Origin: Tubulanus polymorphus
Taxonomy: Eukaryota; Animalia; Nemertea
Length of the DNA: 64,000 nt
Assembly (NCBI RefSeq): GCF_964204645.1
Contig: NC_134036.1
Location: 7,265,434 to 7,329,433, forward strand
Reading direction: 5' to 3'
The position numbers and the translations under genes were made by a program. Numbering within the stretch: the first letter of the stretch is position 1; every line of letters begins with the position of its first letter. This document shows positions 1 to 12,000 of the stretch, one piece after another. The notes under the pieces were generated by a model that saw only the letters and a list, made by a program, of their open reading frames with translations, searched no databases and was not told the DNA's origin.

Positions 1-3000
1 AGTGTGCCGGCGGTGGTTGTTCGAAAACGACTAAGTGCTGACCGGGCCATGATCAGCGTTACGACCCGGTGCAGTGAGGGAGGGAGGAGGCACTAGGACA
101 GTCGTCCGCCCGTTAATTCAGTGTGCCGGCGGTGGTTGTTCGAAAAACGACTAAGTGCTGACCGGGCCTTGATCAGCGTTACGACCCGGCACCGGTCAGG
201 GAGGGAGGGAGGGAGGCAGTAGGTCGGTCGTCCGTCCGTTCGTCACTGTGCCGGCGGTGGTAGTTCGAAAAACGACTAAGTGCTGACCGGCCTTGATCAG
301 CGTTACGACCCGGAGCATTGAGGGAGGGAGGGAGGCAGTAGGTCGGTCGTCCGTCCGTTTGTCAGTGTGCCGGCAGTGATGGTTGTTCGAAAAAATGACT
401 AAGGGCTGACCGGGCCTTGATCAGCGTTACGACCCGGCCGCTGGTCAGGGCGGGAGGGAGGAGGCAGTAGGTCGGTCGTCCATCCGTTCGTCAGTGTGCC
501 GGCGGTGGTAGTTCGAAAAACGACTAAGTACTGACCGGGCCTAGATCAGCGTTACGACCCGGTGCAGTGAGGGAGGGTGGGAGGCAGTAGGTCGGTCGGC
601 CGTCCGGTCGTCAGTGTGCCGGCGGTGGTTGTTCGAAAAACGACTAAGTGCTGACCGGGCCATGATCAGCGTTACGACCCGGTGCAGTGAGGGAGGGAGG
701 GAGGAACTAGGACAGTCGTCCGCCCGTTAGTCAGTGTGTCGGCGGTTGTTGTTCGAAAAACGACTAAGTGCTGACCGGGCCATGAACAGCGTTACGACCC
801 GGCACCGGTCAGGAAGGGAGGGAGGGTGGCAGTAGGTCGGTCGTCCGTTCGTTGGTCAGTGTGCCGGCGGTGGTAGTTCGAAAAACGACTAAGTGCTGAC
901 CGGGCCTTGATCAGCGTTACGACCCGGTGCAGTGAGGGAGGGAGGGAGGCAGTAGGTCGGTCGTCCGTCCGTTCGTCAGTGTGCCGGCGGTGGTAGTTCG
1001 AAAAACGACTAAGTGCTGACCGGGCCATGAACAGCGTTACGACCCGGCACCGGTCAGGAAGGGAGGGAGGGTGGCAGTAGGTCGGTCGTCCGTTCGTTGG
1101 TCAGTGTGCCGGCGGTGGTAGTTCGAAAAACGACTAAGTGCTGACCGGGCCTTGATCAGCGTTACGACCCGGTGCAGTGAGGGAGGGAGGGAGGCAGTAG
1201 GTCGGTCGTCCGTCCGTTCGTCAGTGTGCCGGCGGTGGTTGTTCGAAAAACGACTAAGTGCTGACCGGGCCTTGATCAGCGTTACGACCCGGTGCAGTGA
1301 GGGAGGGAGGGAGGGTGGCAGTAGGTCGGTCGTCCATCCGTTCGTCAGTGTGCCGGCGGTGGTAGTTCGAAAAACGACTAAGTGCTGACCGGGCCTTGAT
1401 CAGCGTTACGACCCGGAGCAGTGAGGGAGGGAGGGAGGTAGTAGGTCGGTCGTCCGTTCGTTCGTCAGTGTGCCGGTGGTGGTTGTTCGAAAAACGACTA
1501 AGTGCTGACCGGGCCTTGAATCAGCGTTACGACCCGGCACCGGTCAGGGAGGGAGGGAGGGAGGCAGTAGGTCGGTCGTCCGTCCGTTCGTCATTGTGCC
1601 GGCGGTGATTGTTCGAAAAACGACTAAGTGCTGACCGGGCCTTAATCAGCGTTACGACCAGGCACCGGTCAGGGAGGGAGGGAGGGAGGCAGTAGGTCGG
1701 TCGTCCATCCGTTCGTCAGTGTGCCGGCGGTGGTAGTTCGAAAAACGACTAAGTGCTGACCGGGCCTAGATCAGCGTTACGACCCGTTGCAGTGAGGGAG
1801 GGAGGGAGGCAGTAGGTCGGTCGTCCGTCCGGTCGTCAGTGTGCCGGCGGTGGTTGTTCGAAAACGACTAAGTGCTGACCGGGCCATGATCAGCGTAACG
1901 ACCCGGTGCAGTGAGGGAGGGAGGGAGGCACTAGGACAGTCGTCCGCCCGTTAGTCAGTGTGTCGGCGGTTGTTGTTCGAAAAACGACTAAGTGCTGACC
2001 GGGCATGAACAGCGTTACGACCCGGCACCGGTCAGGAAGGGAGGGAGGGTGGCAGTAGGTCGGTCGTCCGTCCGTTCGTCAGTGTGCCGGCGGTGGTTGT
2101 TCGAAAAACGACTAAGTGCTGACCGGGCCATGATCAGCGTAACGACCCGGTGCAGTGAGGGAGGGAGGGAGGCACTAGGACAGTCGTCCGCCCGTTAGTC
2201 AGTGTGTCGGCGGTTGTTGTTCGAAAAACGACTAAGTGCTGACCGGGCCATGAACAGCGTTACGACCCGGCACCGGTCAGGAAGGGAGGGAGGGTGGCAG
2301 TAGGTCGGTCGTCCGTCCGTTCGTCAGTGTGCCGGCGGTGGTTGTTCGAAAACGACTAAGTGCTGACCGGGCCTTAATCAGCGTTACGACCCGGCACCGG
2401 TCAGGGAGGGAGGGAGGGAGGCAGTAGGTCGGTCGTCCGTCCGTTCGTCAGTGTGCCGGCGGTGGTTGTTCGAAAAACGACTAAGTGCTGACCGGGCCTT
2501 GATCAGCGTTACGACCCGGAGCAGTGAGGGAGGGAGGGAGGCAGTAGGTCGGTCGTCTGTCCGTTCGCCAGTGTGCCGGCGGTGGTTGTTCGAAAAACGA
2601 CTAAGTGCTGACCGGGCCTTGATCAGCGTTACGACCCGGAGCATTGAGGGAGGGAGGGAGGGAGTAGGTCGGTCGTCCGTCCGTGTGTCAGTGTGCCGGC
2701 AGTGATGGTTGTTCGAAAAACGACTAAGGGCTGACCGGGCCTTAATCAGCGTTACGACCCGGCGCTGGTCAGGGAGGGAGGGAGGGAGGCAGTAGGTCGG
2801 TCGTCCGTCCGTTCGTCATTGTGCCGGCGGTGATAGTTCGAAAAACGACTAAGTGCTGACCGGGCCTTGATCAGCGTTACGACCCGGTGCAGTGAGGGAG
2901 GAGGGAGGAACTAGGACAGTCGTCCGCCCGTTAGTCAGTGTGTCGGCGGTTGTTGTTCGAAAAACGACTAAGTGCTGACCGGGCCATGAACAGCGTTACG

Positions 3001-6000
3001 ACCCGGCACCGGTCAGGAAGGGAGGGAGGGTGGCAGTAGTCGGTCGTCCGTTCGTTGGTCAGTGTGCCGGCGGTGGTAGTTCGAAAAACGACTAAGTGCT
3101 GACCGGGCCTTGATCAGCGTTACGACCCGGTGCAGTGAGGGAGGGAGGGAGGGAGGCAGTAGGTCGGTCGTCCGTCCGTTCGTCAGTGTGCCGGCGGTGG
3201 TAGTTCGAAAAACGACTAAGTGCTGACCGGGCCATGAACAGCGTTACGACCCGGCACCGGTCAGGAAGGGAGGGAGGGTGGCAGTAGGTCGGTCGTCCAT
3301 CCGTTCGTCAGTGTGCCGGCGGTGGTAGTTCGAAAAACGACTAAGTGCTGACCGGGCCTTGATCAGCGTTACGACCCGGTACAGTGAGGGAGGGAGGGAG
3401 GCAGTAGGTCGGTCGTCCGTCCGTTCGTCAGTGTGCCGGCGGTGGTTGTTCGAAAAACGACTAAGTGCTGACCGGGTCATGATCAGCGTTACGACCCGGT
3501 GCAGTGAGGGAGGGAGGGAGGGAGGCAGTAGGTCGGTCGTCCATCCGTTCGTCAGTGTGCCGGCGATGGTTGTTCGAAAAACGACTAAGTGCTGACCGGG
3601 CCTTGATCAGCGTTACGACCCGGTGCAGTGAGGGAGGGAGGGAGGCACTAGGACAGTCGTCCGCCCGTTAGTCAGTGTGCCGGCGGTGGTTGTTCGAAAA
3701 ACGACTAAGTGCTGACCGGGCCTTGATCAGCGTTACGACCCGGTGCAGTGAGGGAGGGAGGGAGGCACTAGGACAGTCGTCCGCCCGTTAGTCAGTGTGC
3801 CGGCGGTGGTTGTTCGAAAAACGACTAAGTGCTGACCGGGCCTTGATCAGCGTTACGACCCGGCACCGGTCAGGGAGGGAGGGAGGGAGGCAGTAGGTCG
3901 GTCGTCCGTCCGTTCGTCACTGTGCCGGCGGTGGTAGTTCGAAAAACGACTAAGTGCTGACCGGGCCTTGATCAGCGTTACGACCCGGAGCATTGAGGGA
4001 GGGAGGGAGGGAGGCAGTAGGTCGGTCGTCCGTCCGTTTGTCAGTGTGCCGGCAGTGATGGTTGTTCGAAAAAATGACTAAGGGCTGACCGGGCCTTGAT
4101 CAGCGTTACGACCCGGCGCTGGTCAGGGCGGGAGGGAGGGAGGCAGTAGGTCGGTCGTCCATCCGTTCGTCAGTGTGCCGGCGGTGGTAGTTCGAAAAAC
4201 GACTAAGTGCTGACCGGGCCTAGATCAGCGTTACGACCCGGTGCAGTGAGGGAGGGAGGGAGGCAGTAGGTCGGTCGTCCGTCCGGTCGTCAATGTGCTG
4301 GCGGTGGTTGTTCGAAAAACGACTAAGTGCTGACCGGGCCATGATCAGCGTTACGACCCGGTGCAGTGAGGGAGGGAGGGAGGAACTAGGACAATCGTCC
4401 GCCCGTTAGTCAGTGTGTCGGCGGTTGTTGTTCGAAAAACGACTAAGTGCTGACCGGGCCATGAACAGCGTTACGACCCGGCACCGGTCAGGAAGGGAGG
4501 GAGGGTGGCAGTAGGTCGGTCGTCCGTTCGTTGGTCAGTGTGCCGGCGGTGGTAGTTCGAAAAACGACTAAGTGCTGACCGGGCCTTGATCAGCGTTACG
4601 ACCCGGAGCATTGAGGGAGGGAGGGAGGCAGTAGGTCGGTCGTCCGTCCGTTTGTCAGTGTGCCGGCAGTGATGGTTGTTCGAAAAACGACTAAGGGCTG
4701 ACAGGGCCTTAATCAGCGTTACGACCCGGCGCTGGTCAGGGAGGGAGGGAGGGAGGCAGTAGGTCGGTCGTCCATCCGTTCGTCAGTGTGCCGGCGGTGG
4801 TAGTTCGAAAAACGACTAAGTGCTGACCGGGCCTTGATCAGCGTTACGACCCGGTGCAGTGAGGGAGGGAGGGAGGCAGTAGGTTGTTCGTCCGTCCGTT
4901 CGTCAGTGTGCCGGCGGTGGTTGTTCGAAAAACGACTAAGTGCTGACCGGGCCTTGATCAGCGTTACGACCCGGTGCAGTGAGGGAGGGAGGGAGGCAGT
5001 AGGTCGGTCGTCCGTCCGTTAGTCAGTGTGTCGGCGGTTGTTGTTCGAAAAACGACTAAGTGCTGACCGGGCCATGAACAGCGTTACGACCCGGCACCGG
5101 TCAGGAAGGGAGGGAGGGTGGCAGTAGGTCGGTCGTCCGTCCGTTCGTCAGTGTGCCGGCGGTGGTTGTTCGAAAAACGAATAAGTGCTGACCGGGCCTT
5201 AATCAGCGTTACGACCCGGCACCGGTCAGGGAGGGAGGGAGGGAGGCAGTAGGTCGGTCGTCCATCCGTTCGTCAGTGTGCCGGCGGTGGTTGTTCGAAA
5301 AACGACTAAGTGCTGACCGGGCCTTGATCAGCGTTACGACCCGGAGCAGTGAGGGAGGGAGGGAGGCAGTAGTTCGGTCGTCTGTCCGTTCGCCAGTGAG
5401 CCGGCGGTGGTTGTTCGAAAAACGACTAAGTGCTGACCGGGCCTTGATCAGCGTTACGACCCGGAGCATTGAGGGAGGGAGGGAGGGAGTAGGTCGGTCG
5501 TCCGTCCGTTTGTCAGTGTGCCGGCAGTGATGGTTGTTCGAAAAACGACTAAGGGCTGACCGGGCCTTAATCAGCGTTACGACCCGGCGCTGGTCAGGGA
5601 GGGAGGGAGGGAGGCAGTAGGTCGGTCGTCCGTCCGTTCGTCATTGTGCCGGCGGTGATAGTTCGAAAAACGACTAAGTGCTGACCGGGCCTTGATCAGC
5701 GTTACGACCCGGTGCAGTGAGGGAGGGAGGGAGGAACTAGGACAGTCGTCCGCCCGTTAGTCAGTGTGTCGGCGGTTGTTGTTCGAAAAACGACTAAGTG
5801 CTGACCGGGCCATGAACAGCGTTACGACCCGGCACCGGTCAGGAAGGGAGGGAGGGTGGCAGTAGGTCGGTCGTCCGTTCGTTGGTCAGTGTGCCGGCGG
5901 TGGTAGTTCGAAAAACGACTAAGTGCTGACCGGGCCTTGATCAGCGTTACGACCCGGTGCAGTGAGGGAGGGAGGGAGGGAGGCAGTAGGTCGGTCGTCC

Positions 6001-9000
6001 GTCCGTTCGTCAGTGTGCCGGCGGTGGTAGTTCGAAAAACGACTAAGTGCTGACCGGGCCATGAACAGCGTTACGACCCGGCACTGGTCAGGAAGGGAGG
6101 GAGGGTGGCAGTAGGTCGGTCGTCCATCCGTTCGTCAGTGTGCCGGCGGTGGTAGTTCGAAAAACGACTAAGTGCTGACCGGGCCTTGATCAGCGTTACG
6201 ACCCGGTACAGTGAGGGAGGGAGGGAGGCAGTAGGTCGGTCGTCCGTCCGTTCGTCAGTGTGCCGGCGGTGGTTGTTCGAAAAACGACTAAGTGCTGACC
6301 GGGTCATGATCAGCGTTACGACCCGGTGCAGTGAGGGAGGGAGGGAGGGAGGCAGTAGGTCGGTCGTCCATCCGTTCGTCAGTGTGCCGGCGATGGTTGT
6401 TCGAAAAACGACTAAGTGCTGACCGGGCCTTGATCAGCGTTACGACCCGGTGCAGTGAGGGAGGGAGGGAGGCACTAGGACAGTCGTCCGCCCGTTAGTC
6501 AGTGTGCCGGCGGTGGTTGTTCGAAAAACGACTAAGTGCTGACCGGGCCTTGATCAGCGTTACGACCCGGCACCGGTCAGGGAGGGAGGGAGGCAGTAGG
6601 TCGGTCGTCCGTCCGTTCGTCACTGTGCCGGCGGTGGTAGTTCGAAAAACGACTAAGTTCTGACCGGGCCTTGATCAGCGTTACGACCCGGAGCATTGAG
6701 GGAGGGAGGGAGGCAGTAGGTCGGTCGTCCGTCCGTTTGTCAGTGTGCCGGCAGTGATGGTTGTTCGAAAAAATGACTAAGGGCTGACCGGGCCTTGATC
6801 AGCGTTACGACCCGGTACAGTGAGGGAGGGAGGGAGGCAGTAGGTCGGTCGTCCGTCCGTTCGTCAGTTTGCCGGCGGTGGTTGTTCGAAAAACGACTAC
6901 GTGCTGACCGGGCCTTGATCAGCGTTACGACCCGGTGCACTGAGGGAGGGAGGGAGGCACTAGGACAGTCGTCCGCCCGTTAGTCAGTGTGTCGGCGGTT
7001 GTTGTTCGAAAAACGACTAAGTGCTGACCGGGCCTTGATCAGCGTTACGACCCGGTGCAGTGAGGGAGGGAGGGAGGCACTAGGACAGTCGTCCGCCCGT
7101 TTGTCAGTGTGCCGGCGGTGATTGTTCGAAAAACGACTAAGTGCTGACCGGGCCTTGATCAGCGTTACGACCCGGCACCGGTCAGGGAGGGAGGGAGGGA
7201 GGCAGTAGGTCGGTCGTCCGTCCGTTCGTCATTGTGCCGGCGGTGATTGTTCGAAAAACGACTAAGTGCTGACCGGGCCTTAATCAGCGTTACGACCCGG
7301 CACCGGTCAGGGAGGGAGGGAGGGAGGCAGTAGGTCGGTCGTCCATCCGTTCGTCAGTGTGCCGGCGGTGGTAGTTCGAAAAACGACTAAGTGCTGACCG
7401 GGCCTAGATCAGCGTTACGACCCGGTGCAGTGAGGGAGGGAGGGAGGCAGTAGGTCGGTCGTCCGTTCGGTCGTCAATGTGCCGGCGGTGGTTGTTCGAA
7501 AAACGACTAAGTGCTGACCGGGCCATGACCAGCGTTACGACCCGGTGCAGTGAGGGAGGGAGGGAGGCACTAGGACAGTCGTCCGCCCGTTAGTCAGTGT
7601 GTCGGCGGTTGTTGTTCGAAAAACGACTAAGTGCTGACCGGGCCATGAACAGCGTTACGACCCGGCACCGGTCAGGAAGGGAGGGAGGGTGGCAGTAGGT
7701 CGGTCGTCCGTCCGTTCGTCAGTGTGCCGGCGGTGGTTGTTCGAAAAACGACTAAGTGCTGACCGGGCCTTAATCAGCGTTACGACCCGGCACCGGTCAG
7801 GGAGGGAGGGAGGGAGGCAGTAGGTCGGTCGTCCGTCCGTTCGTCAGTGTGCCGGCGGTGGTTGTTCGAAAAACGACTAAGTGCTGACCGGGCCTTGATC
7901 AGCGTTACGACCCGGTGCAGTGAGGGAGGGAGGGAGGCACTAGGACAGTCGTCCGCCCGTTTGTCAGTGTGCCGGCGGTGATTGTTCGAAAAACGACTAA
8001 GTGCTGACCGGGCCTTGATCAGCGTTACGACCCGGCACCGGTCAGGGAGGGAGGGAGGGAGGCAGTAGGTCGGTCGTCCGTCCGTTCGTCATTGTGCCGG
8101 CGGTGATTGTTCGAAAAACGACTAAGTGCTGACCGGGCCTTAATCAGCGTTACGACCCGGCACCGGTCAGGGAGGGAGGGAGGGAGGCAGTAGGTCGGTC
8201 GTCCGTCCGTTCGTCAGTGTGCCGGCGGTGGTAGTTCGAAAAACGACTAAGTGCTGACCGGGCCTTGATCAGCGTTACGACCCGGTGCAGTGAGGGAGGG
8301 AGGGAGGCAGTAGGTCGGTCGTCCGTCCGTTTGTCAGTGTGCCGGCAGTGATGGTTGTTCGAAAAACGACTAAGGGCTGACCGGGCCTTAATCAGCGTTA
8401 CGGCCCGGCGCTGGTCAGGGAGGGAGGGAGGGTGGCAGTAGGTCGGTCGTCCATCCGTTCGTCAGTGTGCCGGCGGTGGTAGTTCGAAAAACGACTAAGT
8501 GCTGACCGGGCCTTGATCAGCGTTACGACCCGGTGCAGTGAGGGAGGGAGGGAGGGAGGCAGTAGGTCGGTCGTCCATCCGTTCGTCAGTGTGCCGGCGG
8601 TGGTTGTTCGAAAAACGACTAAGTGCTGACCGGGCCATGATCAGCGTTACGACCCGGTGCAGTGAGGGAGGGAGGGAGGCACTAGGACAGTCGTCCGCCC
8701 GTTAGTCAGTGTGTCGGCGGTTGTTGTTCGAAAAACGACTAAGTGCTGACCGGGCCATGAACAGCGTTACGACCCGGCACCGGTCAGGGAGGGAGGCAGT
8801 AGGTCGGTCGTCCGTCCGTTCGTCATTGTGCCGGCGGTGGTAGTTCGAAAAACGACTAAGTGCTGACCGGGCCTTGATCAGCGTTACGACCCGGAGCATT
8901 GAGGGAGGGAGGGAGGCAGTAGGTCGGTCGTCCGTCCGTTTGTCAGTGTGCCGGCAGCGATGGTTGTTCGAAAAATGACTAAGGGCTGACCGGGCCTTGA

Positions 9001-12000
9001 TCAGCGTTACGACCCGGAGCATTGAGGGAGGGAGGGAGGCAGTAGGTCGGTCGTCCATCCGTTCGTCAGTGTGCCAGCGGTGGTAGTTCGAAAAACGACT
9101 AAGTGCTGACCGGGCCTAGATCAGCGTTACGACCCGGTGCAGTGAGGGAGGGAGGGAGGCAGTAGGTCGGTCGTCCGTCCGGTCGTCAGTGTGCCGGCGG
9201 TGGTTGTTCGAAAAACGACTAAGTGCTGACCGGGCCATGAACAGCGTTACGACCCGGCACCGGTCAGGAAGGGAGGGAGGGTGGCAGTAGGTCGGTCGTC
9301 CGTCCGTTCGTCAGTGTGCCGGCGGTGGTTGTTCGAAAAACGACTTAGTGCTGACCGGGCCTTGATCAGCGTTACGACCCGGAGCAGTGAGGGAGGGAGG
9401 GAGGCAGTAGGTCGGTCGTCCGTCCGTTCGCCAGTGTGCCGGCGGTGGTTGTTCGAAAAACGACTAAGTGCTGACCGGGCCTTGATCAGCGTTACGACCC
9501 GGAGCATTGAGGGAGGGAGGGAGGCAGTAGGTCGGTCGTCCGTCCGTTTGTCAGTGTGCCGGCAGTGATGGTTGTTCGAAAAACGACTAAGGGCTGACCG
9601 GGCCATAAACAGCGTTACGACCCGGCACCGGTCAGGAAGGGAGGGAGGGTGGCAGTAGGTCGGTCGTCCGTCCGTTCGTCAGTGTGCCGGCGGTGGTTGT
9701 TCGAAAAACGACTAAGTGCTGACCGGGCCTTGATCAGCGTTACGACCCGGTGCAGTGAGGGAGGGAGGGAGGCAGTAGGTCGGTCGTCCGTCCGTTCGTC
9801 AGTGTGCCGGCGGTGGTTGTTCGAAAAACGACTAAGTGCTGACCGGATCTTGATCAGCGTTACGACCCAGTGCAGTGAGGGAGGGAGGGAGGGAGGCAGT
9901 AGGTCGGTCGTCCATCCGTTCGTCAGTGTGCCGGCGGTGGTTGTTCGAAAAACGACTAAGTGCTGACCGGGCCTTGATCAGCGTTACGACCCGGTGCAGT
10001 GAGGGAGGGAGGGAGGGAGGCAGTAGGTCGGTCGTCCATCCGTTCGTCAGTGTGCCGGCGGTGGTAGTTCGAAAAACGACTAAGTGCTGACCGGGCCTTG
10101 ATCAGCGTTACGACCCGGTGCAGTGAGGGAGGGAGGGAGGCAGTAGGTCGGTCGTCCATCCGTTCGTCAGTGTGCCGGCGGTGGTAGTTCGAAAAACGAC
10201 TAAGTGCTGACCGGGCCTTGATCAGCGTTACGACCCGGTGCAGTGAGGGAGGGAGGGAGGCAGTAGGTCGGTCGTCCGTCCGTTCGTCAGTGTGCCGGCG
10301 GTGGTTGTTCGAAAAACGACTATGTGCTGACCGGGCCTTGATCAGCGTTACGACCCGGTGCAGTTAGGGAGGGAGGGAGGGAGGAACTAGGACAGTCGTC
10401 CGCCCGTTAGTCAGTGTGTCGGCGGTTGTTGTTCGAAAAACGACTAAGTGCTGACCGGGCCATGAACAGCGTTACGACCCGGCACCGGTCAGGAAGGGAG
10501 GGAGGGTGGCAGTAGGTCGGTCGTCCGTTCGTTGGTCAGTGTGCCGGCGGTGGTAGTTCGAAAAACGACTAAGTGCTGACCGGGCCTTGATCAGCGTTAC
10601 GACCCGGTGCAGTGAGGGAGGGAGGGAGGGAGGCAGTAGGTCGGTCGTCCGTCCGTTCGTCAGTGTGCCGGCGGTGGTAGTTCGAAAAACGACTAAGTGC
10701 TGACCGGGCCATGAACAGCGTTACGACCCGGCACCGGTCAGGAAGGGAGGGAGGGTGGCAGTAGGTCGGTCGTCCATCCGTTCGTCAGTGTGCCGGCGGT
10801 GGTAGTTCGAAAAACGACTAAGTGCTGACCGGGCCTTGATCAGCGTTACGACCCGGTACAGTGAGGGAGGGAGGGAGGGAGGCAGTAGGTCGGTCGTCCG
10901 TCCGTTCGTCAGTGTGCCGGCGGTGGTTGTTCGAAAAACGACTAAGTGCTGACCGGGTTATGATCAGCGTTACGACCCGGTGCAGTGAGGGAGGGAGGGA
11001 GGGAGGCAGTAGGTCGGTCGTCCATCCGTTCGTCAGTGTGCCGGCGATGGTTGTTCGAAAAACGACTAAGTGCTGACCGGGCCTTGATCAGCGTTACGAC
11101 CCGGTGCAGTGAGGGAGGGAGGGAGGCACTAGGACAGTCGTCCGCCCGTTAGTCAGTGTGCCGGCGGTGGTTGTTCGAAAAACGACTAAGGGCTGACCGG
11201 GCCTTAATCAGCGTTACGACCCGGCGCTGGTCAGGGAGGGAGGGAGGGAGGCAGTAGGTCGGTCGTCCGTCCGTTCGTCATTGTACCGGCGGTGATAGTT
11301 CGAAAAACGACTAAGTGCTGACCGGGCCTTGATCAGCGTTACGACCCGGTGCAGTGAGGGAGGGAGGGAGGAACTAGGAAAGTCGTCCGCCCGTTAGTCA
11401 GTGTGTCGGCGGTTGTTGTTCGAAAAACGACTAAGTGCTGACCGGGCCATGAACAGCGTTACGACCCGGCACCGGTCAGGAAGGGAGGGAGGGTGGCAGT
11501 AGGTCGGTCGTCCGTTCGTTGGTCAGTGTGCCGGCGGTGGTAGTTCGAAAAACGACTAAGTGCTGACCGGGCCTTGATCAGCGTTACGACCCGGTGCAGT
11601 GAGGGAGGGAGGGAGGCAGTAGGTCGGTCGTCCGTCCGTTCGTCAGTGTGCCGGCGGTGGTAGTTCGAAAAACGACTAAGTGCTGACCGGGCCATGAACA
11701 GCGTTACGACCCGGCACCGGTCAGGAAGGGAGGGAGGGTGGCAGTAGGTCGGTCGTCCATCCGTTCGTCAGTGTGCCGGCGGTGGTAGTTCGAAAAACGA
11801 CTAAGTGCTGACCGGGCCTTGATCAGCGTTACGACCCGGTACAGTGAGGGAGGGAGGGAGGCAGTAGGTCGGTCGTCCGTCCGTTCGTCAGTGTGCCGGC
11901 GGTGGTTGTTCGAAAAACGACTAAGTGCTGACCGGGCCTTGATCAGCGTTACGACCCGGAGCATTGAGGGAGGGAGGGAGGCAGTAGGTCGGTCGTCCGT

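Noticed and set aside
846-865. CENP-B box (TTCGTTGG in one variant)
   Set aside because: It lacks the essential A..CGGG half of NTTCGNNNNANNCGGGN.
1151-1270. Hammerhead-ribozyme satellite (CTGACGA, matching CUGANGA, on the minus strand)
   Set aside because: The required downstream GAAA box is absent on that strand (CGAAC only). The + strand has GAAA but no CUGANGA. A loose twister-like look (TAA..GTTACGACCCGG..GAGGG) lacks matching pseudoknot pairings by eye. An Infernal/Rfam scan would be definitive.
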